A stretch of 52,081 bases of DNA from Planctomycetota bacterium (GCA_039190745.1 JBCCXZ010000023.1:1-52081); one strand, 5' to 3'; shown: positions 37,928 through 48,367, counted from the stretch's first letter. Program-made: numbers and translations. The notes: generated by a model not told the origin, from the letters alone.

Positions 37928-39400
37928 ATGCAGCAACCCTACACCATCGTGATCGGCCTCGAAGTCCACGTGCAGCTTGCCACAGAAAGCAAGCTGTTTT
38001 GCCGGTGTGCGACCACATTCGGGGCTGGGCCGAACACGCTGACGTGCCCCGTGTGCATCGGCATGCCCGGTTCGCTTCCGGTGATGAACCGGCGGGCGTA
38101 CGAGCTGGGTCTCGTGGCGGCGATCGCGCTGAACTGCGAGATCCCCGGGTTCACCAAGTGGGATCGCAAGCAGTACTACTATCCCGACCTGCCGAAGGCG
38201 TACCAGATCAGCCAGTATGACCTGCCGATGTCGGCGAACGGCTACTTGGAGATCAGCGATTCCAAAGACCGCTTCGAGCCCAAGAGAGTCGGTATCACGC
38301 GGGCGCACCTCGAAGAAGACGCGGGCAAGAGCGTCCACGACGAGGCCACCGGCAAGGGCGACAGCGAGATCGACCTCAACCGCACGGGGACGCCGCTCTT
38401 GGAGATTGTCTCCGAGCCGGATATGCGGAGCTCCGCCGAGGCGAAGGCGTACCTGCAGGAACTGAAGCTGCTGCTGACGTACCTGGCCGTCTCCGACTGC
38501 AACATGCAGGAGGGCAGCCTGCGGGTCGACGCGAACGTGAACCTGCACATCGACGAGGGCGGCGAGCGGGTCGCGACGCCGATCGTCGAGATCAAGAATA
38601 TGAACAGCTTCCGCGCGGTTGAGCGGGCGCTCGACTACGAGGCCGAGCGTCAGTGGCGCGTGTGGCAGGAAACGGGCCAGAAGCTGGGCGACGCGCCGAA
38701 GCAGACCCGCGGCTGGGACGACGCAGCGGGCGTCACGCGGGGGCAACGCAGCAAGGAAGAGTCGAGCGACTACCGCTACTTCCCCGACCCCGACCTGATG
38801 CCCGTCACCATCACGCCGGAGCGCGTGGCCGAGGTGCGGGAGGGTTTGGTCGAACTGCCTGCCGCCTTGCGGGCTCGGCTGGGCGCCGATTTCAAGCTGA
38901 GCGAGTACGACGCCGACGTGCTGGTGAACCTGGGCCGGGCGGCGGTGGATTACTTCTTCACGGCGACCGAGGCGTGCGGCGAGCCGAAGGCGGTCTGCAA
39001 CTGGGTGACGCAGGACGTGCAGCGGGTGCTGAAGGATCGGGAACAGCCGATCGACGAGTTCGGCGTCTCCGCCGAGGCGTTGGGCGGGCTCGTGGCCGCG
39101 ATTAAGTCGGGTGCAGTCCCGGGGCCACGCTCGAAGGAGGTCTTCGAGTTGATGCTCGCCAAAGCCCTCTCGGCCGACGAGGCGGCGGCCGAACTCGGCA
39201 TCGAGGCGGTGGACGATTCGGACCTGGAACAGCTCTGCCGGGAACTGTTGGAAGCGAACCCCCGCGTCGTCGAAGACGTCCGCGGCGGGAAGCAGCAGGC
39301 GGTCGGCGCCTTGATCGGTCAGGCGAAGAAGAAGAACCCGAACGTCGACCCCGGCAAGATCCGACAGCTGTGCCTGGACCTGATCGAATCGGGGGCTTAG
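37928..39400 (+). CDS. gatB: Asp/Glu-tRNA amidotransferase subunit B
   Basis: IGLEVHVQL, DRKQYYYPDLPK, HLEEDAGK, DLNRTGTPLLEIVSEPD, DYRYFPDPDL. Confidence 0.97.
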   Translation: MQQPYTIVIGLEVHVQLATESKLFCRCATTFGAGPNTLTCPVCIGMPGSLPVMNRRAYELGLVAAIALNCEIPGFTKWDRKQYYYPDLPKAYQISQYDLPMSANGYLEISDSKDRFEPKRVGITRAHLEEDAGKSVHDEATGKGDSEIDLNRTGTPLLEIVSEPDMRSSAEAKAYLQELKLLLTYLAVSDCNMQEGSLRVDANVNLHIDEGGERVATPIVEIKNMNSFRAVERALDYEAERQWRVWQETGQKLGDAPKQTRGWDDAAGVTRGQRSKEESSDYRYFPDPDLMPVTITPERVAEVREGLVELPAALRARLGADFKLSEYDADVLVNLGRAAVDYFFTATEACGEPKAVCNWVTQDVQRVLKDREQPIDEFGVSAEALGGLVAAIKSGAVPGPRSKEVFELMLAKALSADEAAAELGIEAVDDSDLEQLCRELLEANPRVVEDVRGGKQQAVGALIGQAKKKNPNVDPGKIRQLCLDLIESGA

Positions 39401-39413
39401 CGCCCGCGAACCG

Positions 39414-40205
39414 ATGGCCGACCCCGCGATCATCACACTGACGACCGATTTCGGGGTAGGGAGCCCGTATGTGGGGGCGATGAAGGCCTCGGTGTTGGCG
39501 GTCAACCCTGGGGCGACAGTTGTCGACGTCTGCCACACCGTGCCGCCGCAAGACGTAGCCGCGGGCGCCCGCGTGCTTGAGTCGGTCACGCCCGGATTTC
39601 CTGCCGGCTCGATCCATGTGGCGGTGGTCGACCCGGGCGTGGGAACCACCCGGGCGATCGTGTACGCGGAAATCGGCGGCCAGCGGTACGTTTGTCCCGA
39701 CAACGGGCTGCTGTCGTGGTTGGCTGAGCGGGCGGGGGCCACTAGGATAACTCGCGTTGCAGAGGAGAGGTTTTTCCGCCACCCCGTGTCCGCGACCTTC
39801 CACGGCCGCGACATCATGGCGCCGGTGGCGGGTCATCTGAGTCTGGGCGTGCCGCCGGAACAACTGGGCCCGCCTCATGGAGCGCTCGTTACGATCGAGC
39901 GGCCGCGAGCTGTCAGGATGGGCAATCGGATCACAGGTCGGGTGACGCACGTCGATTCGTTCGGCAACCTGATCACCGATATCACCGCCGAGCAGCTTGA
40001 GGGCATACCGCGCGACGAGTCGTTGACCGTGCATTGCGACGGGCACGAGACCCAAGGCATCTTCACAACCTATGGCGAGCAACCGCCGATGACGCTCGTC
40101 GCGCTCTTGGGGTCGGACGCGCTGCTCGAACTAGCGATCGTCGACGACAGCGCGGCGATTATGCTGGGGGTCACCGCCGGGGCGGCGGTTGAGGTATCCT
40201 GGTAA
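39414..40205 (+). CDS. SAM hydroxide adenosyltransferase / chlorinase-fluorinase family (DUF62)
   Basis: ITLTTDFG, VVDPGVGT, PDNGLL, SATFHGRDI, VDSFGNLIT, LELAI. Confidence 0.9.
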   Translation: MADPAIITLTTDFGVGSPYVGAMKASVLAVNPGATVVDVCHTVPPQDVAAGARVLESVTPGFPAGSIHVAVVDPGVGTTRAIVYAEIGGQRYVCPDNGLLSWLAERAGATRITRVAEERFFRHPVSATFHGRDIMAPVAGHLSLGVPPEQLGPPHGALVTIERPRAVRMGNRITGRVTHVDSFGNLITDITAEQLEGIPRDESLTVHCDGHETQGIFTTYGEQPPMTLVALLGSDALLELAIVDDSAAIMLGVTAGAAVEVSW

Positions 40206-40252
40206 GTGCGGGGCTAGTAGCCCCCGCCGGGAACCCCGGGGCGGTGATTGCG

Positions 40253-41638
40253 ATGGTCGATCGGGAACAACTCGAAGCGTGGGACTCGGGCCACGTCTGG
40301 CATGCGTTCACGCAGGACGCGGAGCACGATCCGCTAATCATCGACCGCGCCGAGGGCTGCTGGTTGGTCGATCAACGCGGCAGGCGGCTCTTGGACGGCG
40401 TGAGCAGTCTTTGGTGCAACCTGCACGGGCACCGAAACGCCCATATCGACGGGGCGGTCCGCGAGCAACTCGATCGCCTCTCCCACGCGACGACCTTGGG
40501 GATGTCGAGCACGCCGACGGTCGAGTTGGCTCGGCGTCTGGCCGAGATTACGCCGGGCGACTTGCAGCACGTGTTCTTTGCGAGCGACGGGGCGTCTGCC
40601 GTCGAGGCCGCTCTGAAGATAGCCTTCCAGTACTGGAGGCAGTGCGAGCAGCCACGGCCGGAGAAGACGACGTACCTGGCGCTGGGCGACGCCTACCACG
40701 GCGACACGCTGGGGTCGACGAGCGTGGGCGGGATCGATCTTTTCCATGAACGGTTCGGGCCGCTGTTGTTCGACGTGGTACGCGTGCCGACGCCCGACCC
40801 GCGGCGGCTGGGTCTCGGGACCGACCCGGCCGAAGCGACGCAGCTGTTCCTGTCGGAGATGGACGCCGCCTTAGCCGAGCACCACGAGCGGATCGCGGCG
40901 GTAGTGATCGAACCGCTGGTGCAGGGTGCGGCGGGGATGATTCTGCACCCCGAGGGCTACCTGCAGGGCGTGCGGGAGCTGACCCAAAAGTACGGCGTGC
41001 TGATGATCGCCGATGAGATCGTAACTGGGTTCGGTCGAACGGGGCGGTTGTTCGGCTGCGACCACGAGGATGTCACTCCAGACGTGATGTGCTTGGGGAA
41101 GAGCCTCACGGGCGGGTACCTGCCGCTATCGGCGGCGGTCGCTGGGCCGAAAGTGTATGAGGCGTTCCTGGGCACGCACGCCCAGCGGCGGACGTTTTTC
41201 CATGGGCACACCTACGGCGGCAATCCGCTGGCTTGTGCGGCTGCGCTGGCGGCTTTGAAACTGACCACGGCGCCCGAGTTTTCGGAATCAGTGGAGCGTG
41301 TGAGCCGACGGATCGCCGAGATGCTTGGCCGGTTGTCGGGGCTGGAGATTGTTGCGGACACTCGGCAGTTGGGCACGCTCGCAGGGGTGGAACTCGCGGA
41401 GGGCGGGGACCTCGGCACGCCGTTCGACCCCAACGAGCGCGTCGGCTACCGAGTGTGCCGGGAGTGCATCGAGCGGGGCGTTTGGCTGCGGCCGCTCGGG
41501 GATGTTGTGGTGGTCTTGCCGCCGCCTGTCATCTCGGACGCGGAACTGACCACTCTGGAGGCCGCGTTGACTGAGTCGCTTGCCGCCGTGTCGAAGGAGC
41601 TTGCCCGGCCCGTCGCTGCGGCGGGGGGCGGTCGTTGA
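40253..41638 (+). CDS. bioA: Adenosylmethionine-8-amino-7-oxononanoate aminotransferase
   Basis: WHAFTQ, SSLWCNLHGH, AVEAALKIA, YHGDT, EPLVQGAAGM, DEIVTGFGRTG, GKSLTGG, HGHTYGGNP, LRPLG. Confidence 0.9.
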   Translation: MVDREQLEAWDSGHVWHAFTQDAEHDPLIIDRAEGCWLVDQRGRRLLDGVSSLWCNLHGHRNAHIDGAVREQLDRLSHATTLGMSSTPTVELARRLAEITPGDLQHVFFASDGASAVEAALKIAFQYWRQCEQPRPEKTTYLALGDAYHGDTLGSTSVGGIDLFHERFGPLLFDVVRVPTPDPRRLGLGTDPAEATQLFLSEMDAALAEHHERIAAVVIEPLVQGAAGMILHPEGYLQGVRELTQKYGVLMIADEIVTGFGRTGRLFGCDHEDVTPDVMCLGKSLTGGYLPLSAAVAGPKVYEAFLGTHAQRRTFFHGHTYGGNPLACAAALAALKLTTAPEFSESVERVSRRIAEMLGRLSGLEIVADTRQLGTLAGVELAEGGDLGTPFDPNERVGYRVCRECIERGVWLRPLGDVVVVLPPPVISDAELTTLEAALTESLAAVSKELARPVAAAGGGR

Positions 41639-42363
41639 GCGAGCTGAGTTTCCTGCTGCTGCAGATCCGCGACGCGGACGACCCGATCCTCGAGCAGGAA
41701 GTGGGCTGCTTCGCGCGGGCGCTTGGTTGCGACGAAGCCGCGATCAAGCCGTTCGACCTGCTCGCGGGAACCCCGAGTGACGCCCAGTTGCAGGCGGCCG
41801 GCGGTGTTCTGATCGGCGGGAGCGGGGATTACTCCGCGGCGGGGGAGGGCGAGTGGCTCGAGCAAACACTGGAAGGGCTGAGGCGGCTGGTTGCGTCGGG
41901 CGCGCCGACGTTCGCCTCGTGCTGGGGGTTCCAGGCGATTGCACGGGCCTGCGGCGGGCGCTGCATCCACGACCCGCCGAACGCCGAGCTGGGCTCGATT
42001 AAGCTGCGGCTGACCGACCTAGGGAGCAGCGACCCGCTGTTTGGCGGGTTGCCGACCGAGTTCTTCGGCCAAGCCGGTCACGAAGACCACGTGGTGGAGC
42101 TGCCGGAGGACGCGGTGCTGCTCGCTTCGTCTGAACGGGTACGCCATCAAGCGTTCCGGCTAGCCGGCAAGCCGGTATACTGCACACAGTTCCACCCGGA
42201 ACTCGACCTGCACACGCTCGTCGAGCGGCTCCGGCGTTACCCGGGTTACGTGCAGCGGATCGCGGGGCTGGATGTTGAAACGTTTGCGCACCAGTGCCGT
42301 GAAACGCCCGAGGCGAACGGCCTTCTCCGGAGGTTTAAGAAGCTTGTTCAGCAGCACGCTTAG
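41635..42363 (+). CDS. Type 1 glutamine amidotransferase domain protein
   Basis: IGGSG, SCWGFQ nucleophile elbow, QFHPE. Confidence 0.88.
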   Translation: MSELSFLLLQIRDADDPILEQEVGCFARALGCDEAAIKPFDLLAGTPSDAQLQAAGGVLIGGSGDYSAAGEGEWLEQTLEGLRRLVASGAPTFASCWGFQAIARACGGRCIHDPPNAELGSIKLRLTDLGSSDPLFGGLPTEFFGQAGHEDHVVELPEDAVLLASSERVRHQAFRLAGKPVYCTQFHPELDLHTLVERLRRYPGYVQRIAGLDVETFAHQCRETPEANGLLRRFKKLVQQHA

Positions 42364-42367
42364 TCGG

Positions 42368-43561
42368 ATGGTTGTTTTCTTTGCTCTCGCGGCCGGCGTT
42401 GCTCCGTGGGCCGCGGCCGAGTCGTTTGATAACGAGGCATTACAAAAAGGGCCGCTGGAAGGCGTTGGCGTCGAACCGGCTTTCGGGGGCGCAACGTTCG
42501 ACCGGCCCGTGCTGGTCACAAACTCGGGCGACGGCACGGGGCGCACGTTTGTGCTCGGCCAACGCGGGACGATCCACTGCGTGCCCGGCGGCGGCGAGTC
42601 TTTTCTGTACGCCGACATCCGCGACCGTGTGCGGTTCACAGAATCTGAGAACGAGGAAGGCCTGTTGGGGCTGGCTTTCCACCCCCGCTTTGCAGCGAAC
42701 GGTCAGCTGTACGTGTATTACATCGCCGACGACCCCAAGCGGTCGGTCGTCTCTCGTTTCACGGTGACCGACGAACCGGCGGGGCAACGACTCGACCCGG
42801 CGAGCGAGGAGGTCGTCCTCACAATCCCTCAGCCATACTGGAATCACAACGGCGGCACGCTGCTGTTCGATCCGGCGGGGATGCTCATGATCGCGGTGGG
42901 CGACGGAGGCTATGCGCACGACCCGCACGGGCACGGCCAGGACCCAAACACGCTCTACGGATCGGTGCTGCGGATAGATGTCGACCAGGCCGACGGGGGG
43001 ACGGCCTACGGTATTCCGGCGGACAACCCGTTCGTCGGGAGGCCGGGTGAGGGTCGGCCGGAAGTGTGGGCCTACGGGCTGCGGAACGTTTGGCGGATGG
43101 CCTTCGACCACGAAACGGGTCTGCTCTGGGCCGCCGACGTGGGCCAGGACGCTTGGGAAGAGGTGAATCTCCTGCGGGCGGGCGGCAACTACGGCTGGAA
43201 TGAGAGGGAAGGGCATCACCGCTTCCCCGGCCCGAAGCACGACGCGCCTGACGGTCCCGCGCCAGATGGCCTGATCGAGCCGGTGTGGGAGTACTCGCAC
43301 GAGGTGGGCAAGAGCATCACCGGCGGGGCCGTCTACCGCGGGACGCGCGTCCCGGCGCTGGCGGGCAAGTACGTCTACGCCGACTACGTCGCGGGGAAGG
43401 TGTGGGCCTTAGACTACGACGCGGAGCGGGGCACCGTTACCGGCAACTACACGATCGTGCCGTCGGGCCTGCCTGTCACGTCGTTTGGCGAAGACGCCGA
43501 CGGGGAACTCGTCTACACGAACACCGCGGGCGAGGTCTTGCGCTTCGTCGAGAACGAGTGA
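42368..43561 (+). CDS. PQQ-dependent sugar dehydrogenase family (glucose/sorbosone dehydrogenase) protein
   Basis: EEGLLGLAFHP, NHNGG, GDGG, GSVLRIDV, IPADNPF, AYGLRN, DVGQDAWEE, GGNYGW, SITGG, SFGED. Start uncertain. Confidence 0.88.
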   Translation: MVVFFALAAGVAPWAAAESFDNEALQKGPLEGVGVEPAFGGATFDRPVLVTNSGDGTGRTFVLGQRGTIHCVPGGGESFLYADIRDRVRFTESENEEGLLGLAFHPRFAANGQLYVYYIADDPKRSVVSRFTVTDEPAGQRLDPASEEVVLTIPQPYWNHNGGTLLFDPAGMLMIAVGDGGYAHDPHGHGQDPNTLYGSVLRIDVDQADGGTAYGIPADNPFVGRPGEGRPEVWAYGLRNVWRMAFDHETGLLWAADVGQDAWEEVNLLRAGGNYGWNEREGHHRFPGPKHDAPDGPAPDGLIEPVWEYSHEVGKSITGGAVYRGTRVPALAGKYVYADYVAGKVWALDYDAERGTVTGNYTIVPSGLPVTSFGEDADGELVYTNTAGEVLRFVENE

Positions 43562-43591
43562 GCGAGCGGCCAACGCGGTGGGGCTTACCTG

Positions 43592-44983
43592 CTAGAACCG
43601 CGGCGGCGGGATGCGGCGGCGGAAGAATTCGCGGTCAGTAGAAAGTCTCGACCTTTGGCCGCCTTTGTCTGGCCCAAGCTTTAACTCGCCCGGGCGGGCG
43701 CTGGCGCCGATTCCGGTGGCGCCCTTGCGGGGCTGCCAGCCCATCAGTTCGAGGAAGCTTTCGACCTGGATGACCTCGATGCCGAGTGCTGCGGCGTCAT
43801 CTGAGTTGCTCCTCCAGTGCTGGAGGTAGTCCTCTTTGCCTTCCGCGGAGGGGTCGTCACCGGCAATCAGGAAACGCGTCTTCACGTTGAGTTCGCCGCC
43901 GGTGTCTGGGGCGGTTACGATCGTGCCGCCGTTGGCGGTGACGATCCGCTTGAGCGTGTCGAGGTCTTCAGCGCCGTCGCCGTCGAGGTCGACCACGCCG
44001 ATGATACCAAAGCCGACCTCTCGGCCGGGGGACCAGACCTGGCTGTAGATTTGGTCGCCGCCCATCAGGGGGCGTGTGACCTCGTCGGAGGTGATGCGTG
44101 CTTCGGCGAGCCGGTCGTTGAGGACTCGGGTGACCTCGATGCTGCCCTTCTTCCGGGCGCTGAGGGCGTCGTTCTCGTCGGCACCGTAGACGCTAAACGT
44201 GACCTGCGGCCGGATGCCGTCGTCGGAGCCGAGGTTGATCCAGACGGTCCGCTGGCCTTGATTTACCCAGGCGATCTTTCCGTCAGCCGGCTGCGAGAAC
44301 GGGTCTTCTTCCACCTGAGTCGCTTGCAAGACTTCATTCTTCGTGCGGAAGTTTTCGACCTGCTTGGCGAGTTCCTGGACCTTGGCGTCGCTTTCGTCGC
44401 GGAGGTTGTCGAGCATTCCACGGCTGTCGGAGAGTTTGCTGGCGAGTTCGTTCTTCTGCTCGACCACCTCGGCGTACTTACGGTCCAGTTTGTTTTTTTC
44501 CGAAGCGGCGTCTTGCTGGATCTGGTCGAGCGAACGCTTGTAGTTGGCTTGCTGGTCTTGCATCTCTTTCTTGAGAGCGAGCAGCTGCTCCTTCAGGTCT
44601 TTGGCGTTCTGCTTGGCGGTCGCCTCGTTGAGGGCGGCGGTTTGGTTCTCTTTGTAGAGGCTTTCGAGGATCGTGCGGTAGGCCCGGTTCTGTTCCTCGA
44701 ACGTGCTGCCCCACTGGGTCATGTCTTCCTGGAACGACTCTTGAAGCGTCTGGAAGTTGTCGGCCTCGCCGAAGCCCATCCACTGCTTGAAGCTGTTGGC
44801 CTCGCTCTGGGCTGAGCTGGCGGCGTTGCGGGCTTCGGTCTTGTCCTTCTCGGCTTTCTCGGCACGCGCGACCGAAGTCTTGCGGGCGTTGTTCACCAAG
44901 ACCAAGCCCACGGTCATGAGGATGAGGAAGATGAAGAGGCCGATCACCAGCGCCTGGAGGCCTTGATTCTGTTTCGTTGCCAT
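43592..44983 (-). CDS. Membrane-anchored coiled-coil protein with C-terminal BRCT-like domain
   Basis: N-terminal TM helix, long heptad-rich region, VWINLG..DG, KGSIEV, DLDGDG, NGG.I, TRFLIAG, FLELMG. Confidence 0.75.
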   Translation of the reverse strand: MATKQNQGLQALVIGLFIFLILMTVGLVLVNNARKTSVARAEKAEKDKTEARNAASSAQSEANSFKQWMGFGEADNFQTLQESFQEDMTQWGSTFEEQNRAYRTILESLYKENQTAALNEATAKQNAKDLKEQLLALKKEMQDQQANYKRSLDQIQQDAASEKNKLDRKYAEVVEQKNELASKLSDSRGMLDNLRDESDAKVQELAKQVENFRTKNEVLQATQVEEDPFSQPADGKIAWVNQGQRTVWINLGSDDGIRPQVTFSVYGADENDALSARKKGSIEVTRVLNDRLAEARITSDEVTRPLMGGDQIYSQVWSPGREVGFGIIGVVDLDGDGAEDLDTLKRIVTANGGTIVTAPDTGGELNVKTRFLIAGDDPSAEGKEDYLQHWRSNSDDAAALGIEVIQVESFLELMGWQPRKGATGIGASARPGELKLGPDKGGQRSRLSTDREFFRRRIPPPRF

Positions 44984-45396
44984 AGCCTGTTCCGAGGTGG
45001 CGGCGTGCGGACGAGGGACGCCCGAGACCGTTCAATCCGTCGGTTGACGGGGTTGCGGTGTTTCCTGGATTGCCCAGCTTAGCGACGATCTCGATCGGCG
45101 GCCAAACGACGGTGCAAAAAAACAACCGCCGCGGATCGGATTTCCGCTTGTCATGCGTCCTGTGCGTCAGCCGCGGCAAGCGTCTTGTCGCTGCATTGGT
45201 TGACATAAGTCGAGGTTAGTTAGCCTATTAGGGAGTGTCAAACAACTGCCGAGCGGGGCTGTCGACGGTTGACACACGGCGAAAGCGAGGCGTAGATTCG
45301 GCCCGAAAGGGTCGGTTCTCGCGTCTGCCCGCCGATGGGTCGCTGCGGCCCCTCCAGCCGAAGGGGTGTGTCGACGCCCCGCACCTGAGACTTTTC

Positions 45397-48234
45397 ATGC
45401 CGGACGGGCCACAACAACAGTCTTTGCCGGGGCTGGAAGATCGATCGCCCACAGCGTTGGAGTCTGAGGGCCCGGACGCTGCGGGCCCGGGTTCGATCCG
45501 GGGCTGGAAGGTCTTGGCGGTGGACTCCCACTCGCTGATATTTCAGGTTTTCCACGCCCTGCCGGAGATGACGGGGCCCCGAGGAGAACCGGTCGGGGCG
45601 ATCTACGGCTTCGTCCGCGATATCGTCCAGCTGATAGAAACCGAGAAGCCCGATGCGCTGCTGTGCGCGTTCGACCTCTCGGGGCCGACGTTCCGCCACG
45701 AGCTCTACAGCGACTACAAGCTCGACCGTGGTGAGATGCCCGCGGACCTGGCGCTGCAGATCCCGCGGATCGAGGAGTTGATGGGGGCGATGGGGATCCC
45801 CGTGATCTCGAGGGAAGGGTTTGAGGCGGACGACGTTCTGGCGACTGTGGCCCGGCTGGCGGACGAGGCTGGAGCCCGGTGCTTGATTGTGACCGGCGAC
45901 AAGGATTGCCGGCAGCTCATCACCGAGCACGTCGCCGTCTACAACATTCGGAAGCAGGAGGTTTACGACGCGAAGGCGTTGGCCGCCGACTGGGGCGTGC
46001 GGCCGGACCAGGTGGTAGACTTCCAAGCGCTTGTGGGCGACAAGATCGACAACGTGCCGGGCGTGCCGCTCATCGGCCCGAAGCTCGCCCGCGAGCTGCT
46101 GGAGAAGTACGAGACGCTAGACCGAGTGCTGGACCACGCCGAGGAGGTTGCCGGGGCCAAGCGTCGGCAGAACCTCATCGAGTACCGCGATCAGGCACTC
46201 TTGTCGCGGCAGCTTGTGCGTCTGGACACCCGCGTCCCGATCGAGCCCGACTGGGAAGCCTGCCGACTGGGCGGCTTCGACGACGAGCTGCTGGCGTCGC
46301 TGATGCAGGAATTCGGCTTCCGGTCGCTGGCGGACAAGGTGCTCTCGATGAACCCGAGCGGCGCCCGGTTTCGGCCCGAGGCTGTGGAATCGACGTACAC
46401 GCTGGTCGACACACCCGAGAAGTTTGCGGCGTTCCTAGAGGAGTTGCGGCAGCAGGACTTGATCGCGATCGACACCGAGACGACCGACATCGAGCCGCGG
46501 CGGGCAGAGATCGTTGGGTACGCCATCTCTTGGGAGGAAGCGACGGGGTACTACCTGCCGGTCCGCGGGCCGGAGGGCGACGCGGTGCTCGACGAGACGG
46601 CGACCGCGGACGCCCTGCGGCCGATCTTGGAAGACCCAGCCGTCGCGAAGGTCGGCCAGAACCTGAAGTACGACATTGTGGTGCTCCGGGGCGCGGGCAT
46701 CGAGCTGCAAGGGGTCGAGTTCGACACGATGGTGGCCAGCTATTTGCTCGACGCGGGCGAGCGGAGCCACAACCTCGACGTGCTGTCCAGGAAGTACCTC
46801 GGTCACGAGACGATCAAGATCGACGAGCTGATCGGCAAGGGCAAGAACCAGAAGCGGATGGACGAGGTGCCCGTCGCGGCGGTGGCACCTTACGCCGGGG
46901 AGGACGCGGACCTGACGCTGCGGCTGCGGGCTCCCCTGCTGGAGCGGCTGGAAGAGGAGGGGCTGGAGCAACTCAACAGCGAGCTGGAGGCCCCGCTCGT
47001 TCCCGTTCTGGCGGACCTGGAATGGACGGGCATCTCGGTCGATACCGACCGGCTGGCCGAGCTGAGCCGGGACTTCACCGGCAAGCTGGAAGCATTGGCC
47101 GCCGAGATCGAAGAGCTGGCCGGGCACCCCCTGAACATCGGCTCGCCGAAGCAGCTCGCGCGGGTGTTGTTCGAAGAACTGGGCCTCCCGGTGGTGAAGC
47201 GCACCAAGACCGGCCCGAGCACCGACGCCGCGGTGCTGGAAGAGTTGGCCCCCATGCACCCGCTGCCGGAAAAAATCGTCGAGTACCGCCAGTACTCGAA
47301 GCTGCTGAGCACCTACGTGGATGCGCTGCCGACAATGCTCCACCCAGGCACGGGCCGGATCCATGCGTCGTTCAACCAAGTGGTGGCGGCGACCGGCCGG
47401 CTCAGCTCTAGCGGCCCGAACCTGCAGAACATCCCCGTCCGGACCGCCGAGGGCAGGCAGATCCGCTCCGCTTTCCGGGCGGCCCCCGAGGGCTGGAAGC
47501 TGCTGGCGGCGGACTATTCGCAGATTGAACTGCGGGTGCTCGCGCACTTCTCAGGCGACGAGACCCTGCGTGAGGCGTTCCAGAACGGCGAGGATATCCA
47601 CACCACCGTGGCCGCCAAAGTGGCGGGCGTCGACCCCAGCGAGGTCACCGCCGACATGCGACGCAACGCCAAGGCGGTGAACTTCGGCATCATCTACGGT
47701 CAGAGCCCGTTCGGGCTGTCGAAGGCTTTGGGCATCTCGCAGGACGAGGCCGCTTTGTTCATCGAGAGCTATTTCGCGAACTACCCCGGCGTCGTCGAGT
47801 TCCTCACGCGCACGCTCGACGAGTGCCGACAGGTCGGTCGGGTGGAGACGCTGCTCGGCCGGCGGCGGGCGATCTCGGGCGTCCGTCCGGTTGAGGCCGG
47901 GATGCGTGACCCGAAGACCGGCGGCTTGCGGCAGATGAACCTGCCCGAGCGGACGGCGGTGAACACCGTGATTCAGGGATCCGCGGCGGACTTGATCAAG
48001 GTGGCGATGCTTCGGCTGAGCCGACGGTTGAAAGAAGAACGGTTCGAATCACGGATGCTGCTGCAGATCCACGACGAGCTAGTGTTCGAGGCGCCGGCGG
48101 ATTCTATCGGCGGCCTGGCAGCGGTGGTGGTCGCCGAGATGGAATCTGCGGCCGAACTCGACGTGCCGCTGCAGGTGGACGTGAAGACCGGCGATACTTG
48201 GGACGATTGCGAGCCCTGGACCGAAGGCGGCTAG
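45397..48234 (+). CDS. polA: DNA polymerase I
   Basis: 5'-3' exonuclease (GFEADD, TGDKD, GDKIDNVPGV), 3'-5' exonuclease (IDTETT, GQNLKYD), polymerase motifs TGRLSS, DYSQIELR, AKAVNFGIIYG, LQIHDEL. Confidence 0.97.
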   Translation: MPDGPQQQSLPGLEDRSPTALESEGPDAAGPGSIRGWKVLAVDSHSLIFQVFHALPEMTGPRGEPVGAIYGFVRDIVQLIETEKPDALLCAFDLSGPTFRHELYSDYKLDRGEMPADLALQIPRIEELMGAMGIPVISREGFEADDVLATVARLADEAGARCLIVTGDKDCRQLITEHVAVYNIRKQEVYDAKALAADWGVRPDQVVDFQALVGDKIDNVPGVPLIGPKLARELLEKYETLDRVLDHAEEVAGAKRRQNLIEYRDQALLSRQLVRLDTRVPIEPDWEACRLGGFDDELLASLMQEFGFRSLADKVLSMNPSGARFRPEAVESTYTLVDTPEKFAAFLEELRQQDLIAIDTETTDIEPRRAEIVGYAISWEEATGYYLPVRGPEGDAVLDETATADALRPILEDPAVAKVGQNLKYDIVVLRGAGIELQGVEFDTMVASYLLDAGERSHNLDVLSRKYLGHETIKIDELIGKGKNQKRMDEVPVAAVAPYAGEDADLTLRLRAPLLERLEEEGLEQLNSELEAPLVPVLADLEWTGISVDTDRLAELSRDFTGKLEALAAEIEELAGHPLNIGSPKQLARVLFEELGLPVVKRTKTGPSTDAAVLEELAPMHPLPEKIVEYRQYSKLLSTYVDALPTMLHPGTGRIHASFNQVVAATGRLSSSGPNLQNIPVRTAEGRQIRSAFRAAPEGWKLLAADYSQIELRVLAHFSGDETLREAFQNGEDIHTTVAAKVAGVDPSEVTADMRRNAKAVNFGIIYGQSPFGLSKALGISQDEAALFIESYFANYPGVVEFLTRTLDECRQVGRVETLLGRRRAISGVRPVEAGMRDPKTGGLRQMNLPERTAVNTVIQGSAADLIKVAMLRLSRRLKEERFESRMLLQIHDELVFEAPADSIGGLAAVVVAEMESAAELDVPLQVDVKTGDTWDDCEPWTEGG

Positions 48235-48264
48235 GGAAGCGGAGTTCTACAGCAGTTGCTCAGA

Positions 48265-48339
48265 TGTGGCAGGCCTCTCCGAGGCCGATGGCGTTATCCT
48301 TTGGTAAAGCGTAATCGGGCTCGGAGAGCCCTCCCACAG
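48265..48339. repeat. REP doublet (REPIN-like), copy 2
   Basis: GTGGCAGGCCTCTCCGAGGCCGAT ... ATCGGGCTCGGAGAGCCCTCCCAC; same 75-bp length as copy 1, 33 nt identical. Confidence 0.85.
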
Positions 48340-48367
48340 TAGCCACTGGATAGCAGGCGGACGGGGC

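Noticed and set aside
37751..39817. 688-aa minus-strand ORF and similar long shadow ORFs (e.g. 27656..29407, 24309..25697, 45879..47411)
   Set aside because: They overlap motif-supported genes (gatB, ccsA, TatD, polA) and have R/A/G/P-rich non-protein composition.
39414..40205. Fluorinase/chlorinase for halometabolite synthesis
   Set aside because: Housekeeping context with no biosynthetic cluster; most DUF62 proteins are SAM hydrolases and the sequence alone does not support halogenase activity.
17805..48339. Composite transposon or CRISPR defined by the two 75-bp repeats
   Set aside because: Only two copies 30 kb apart enclosing housekeeping genes; no transposase or cas genes; internal palindromes fit REP elements.
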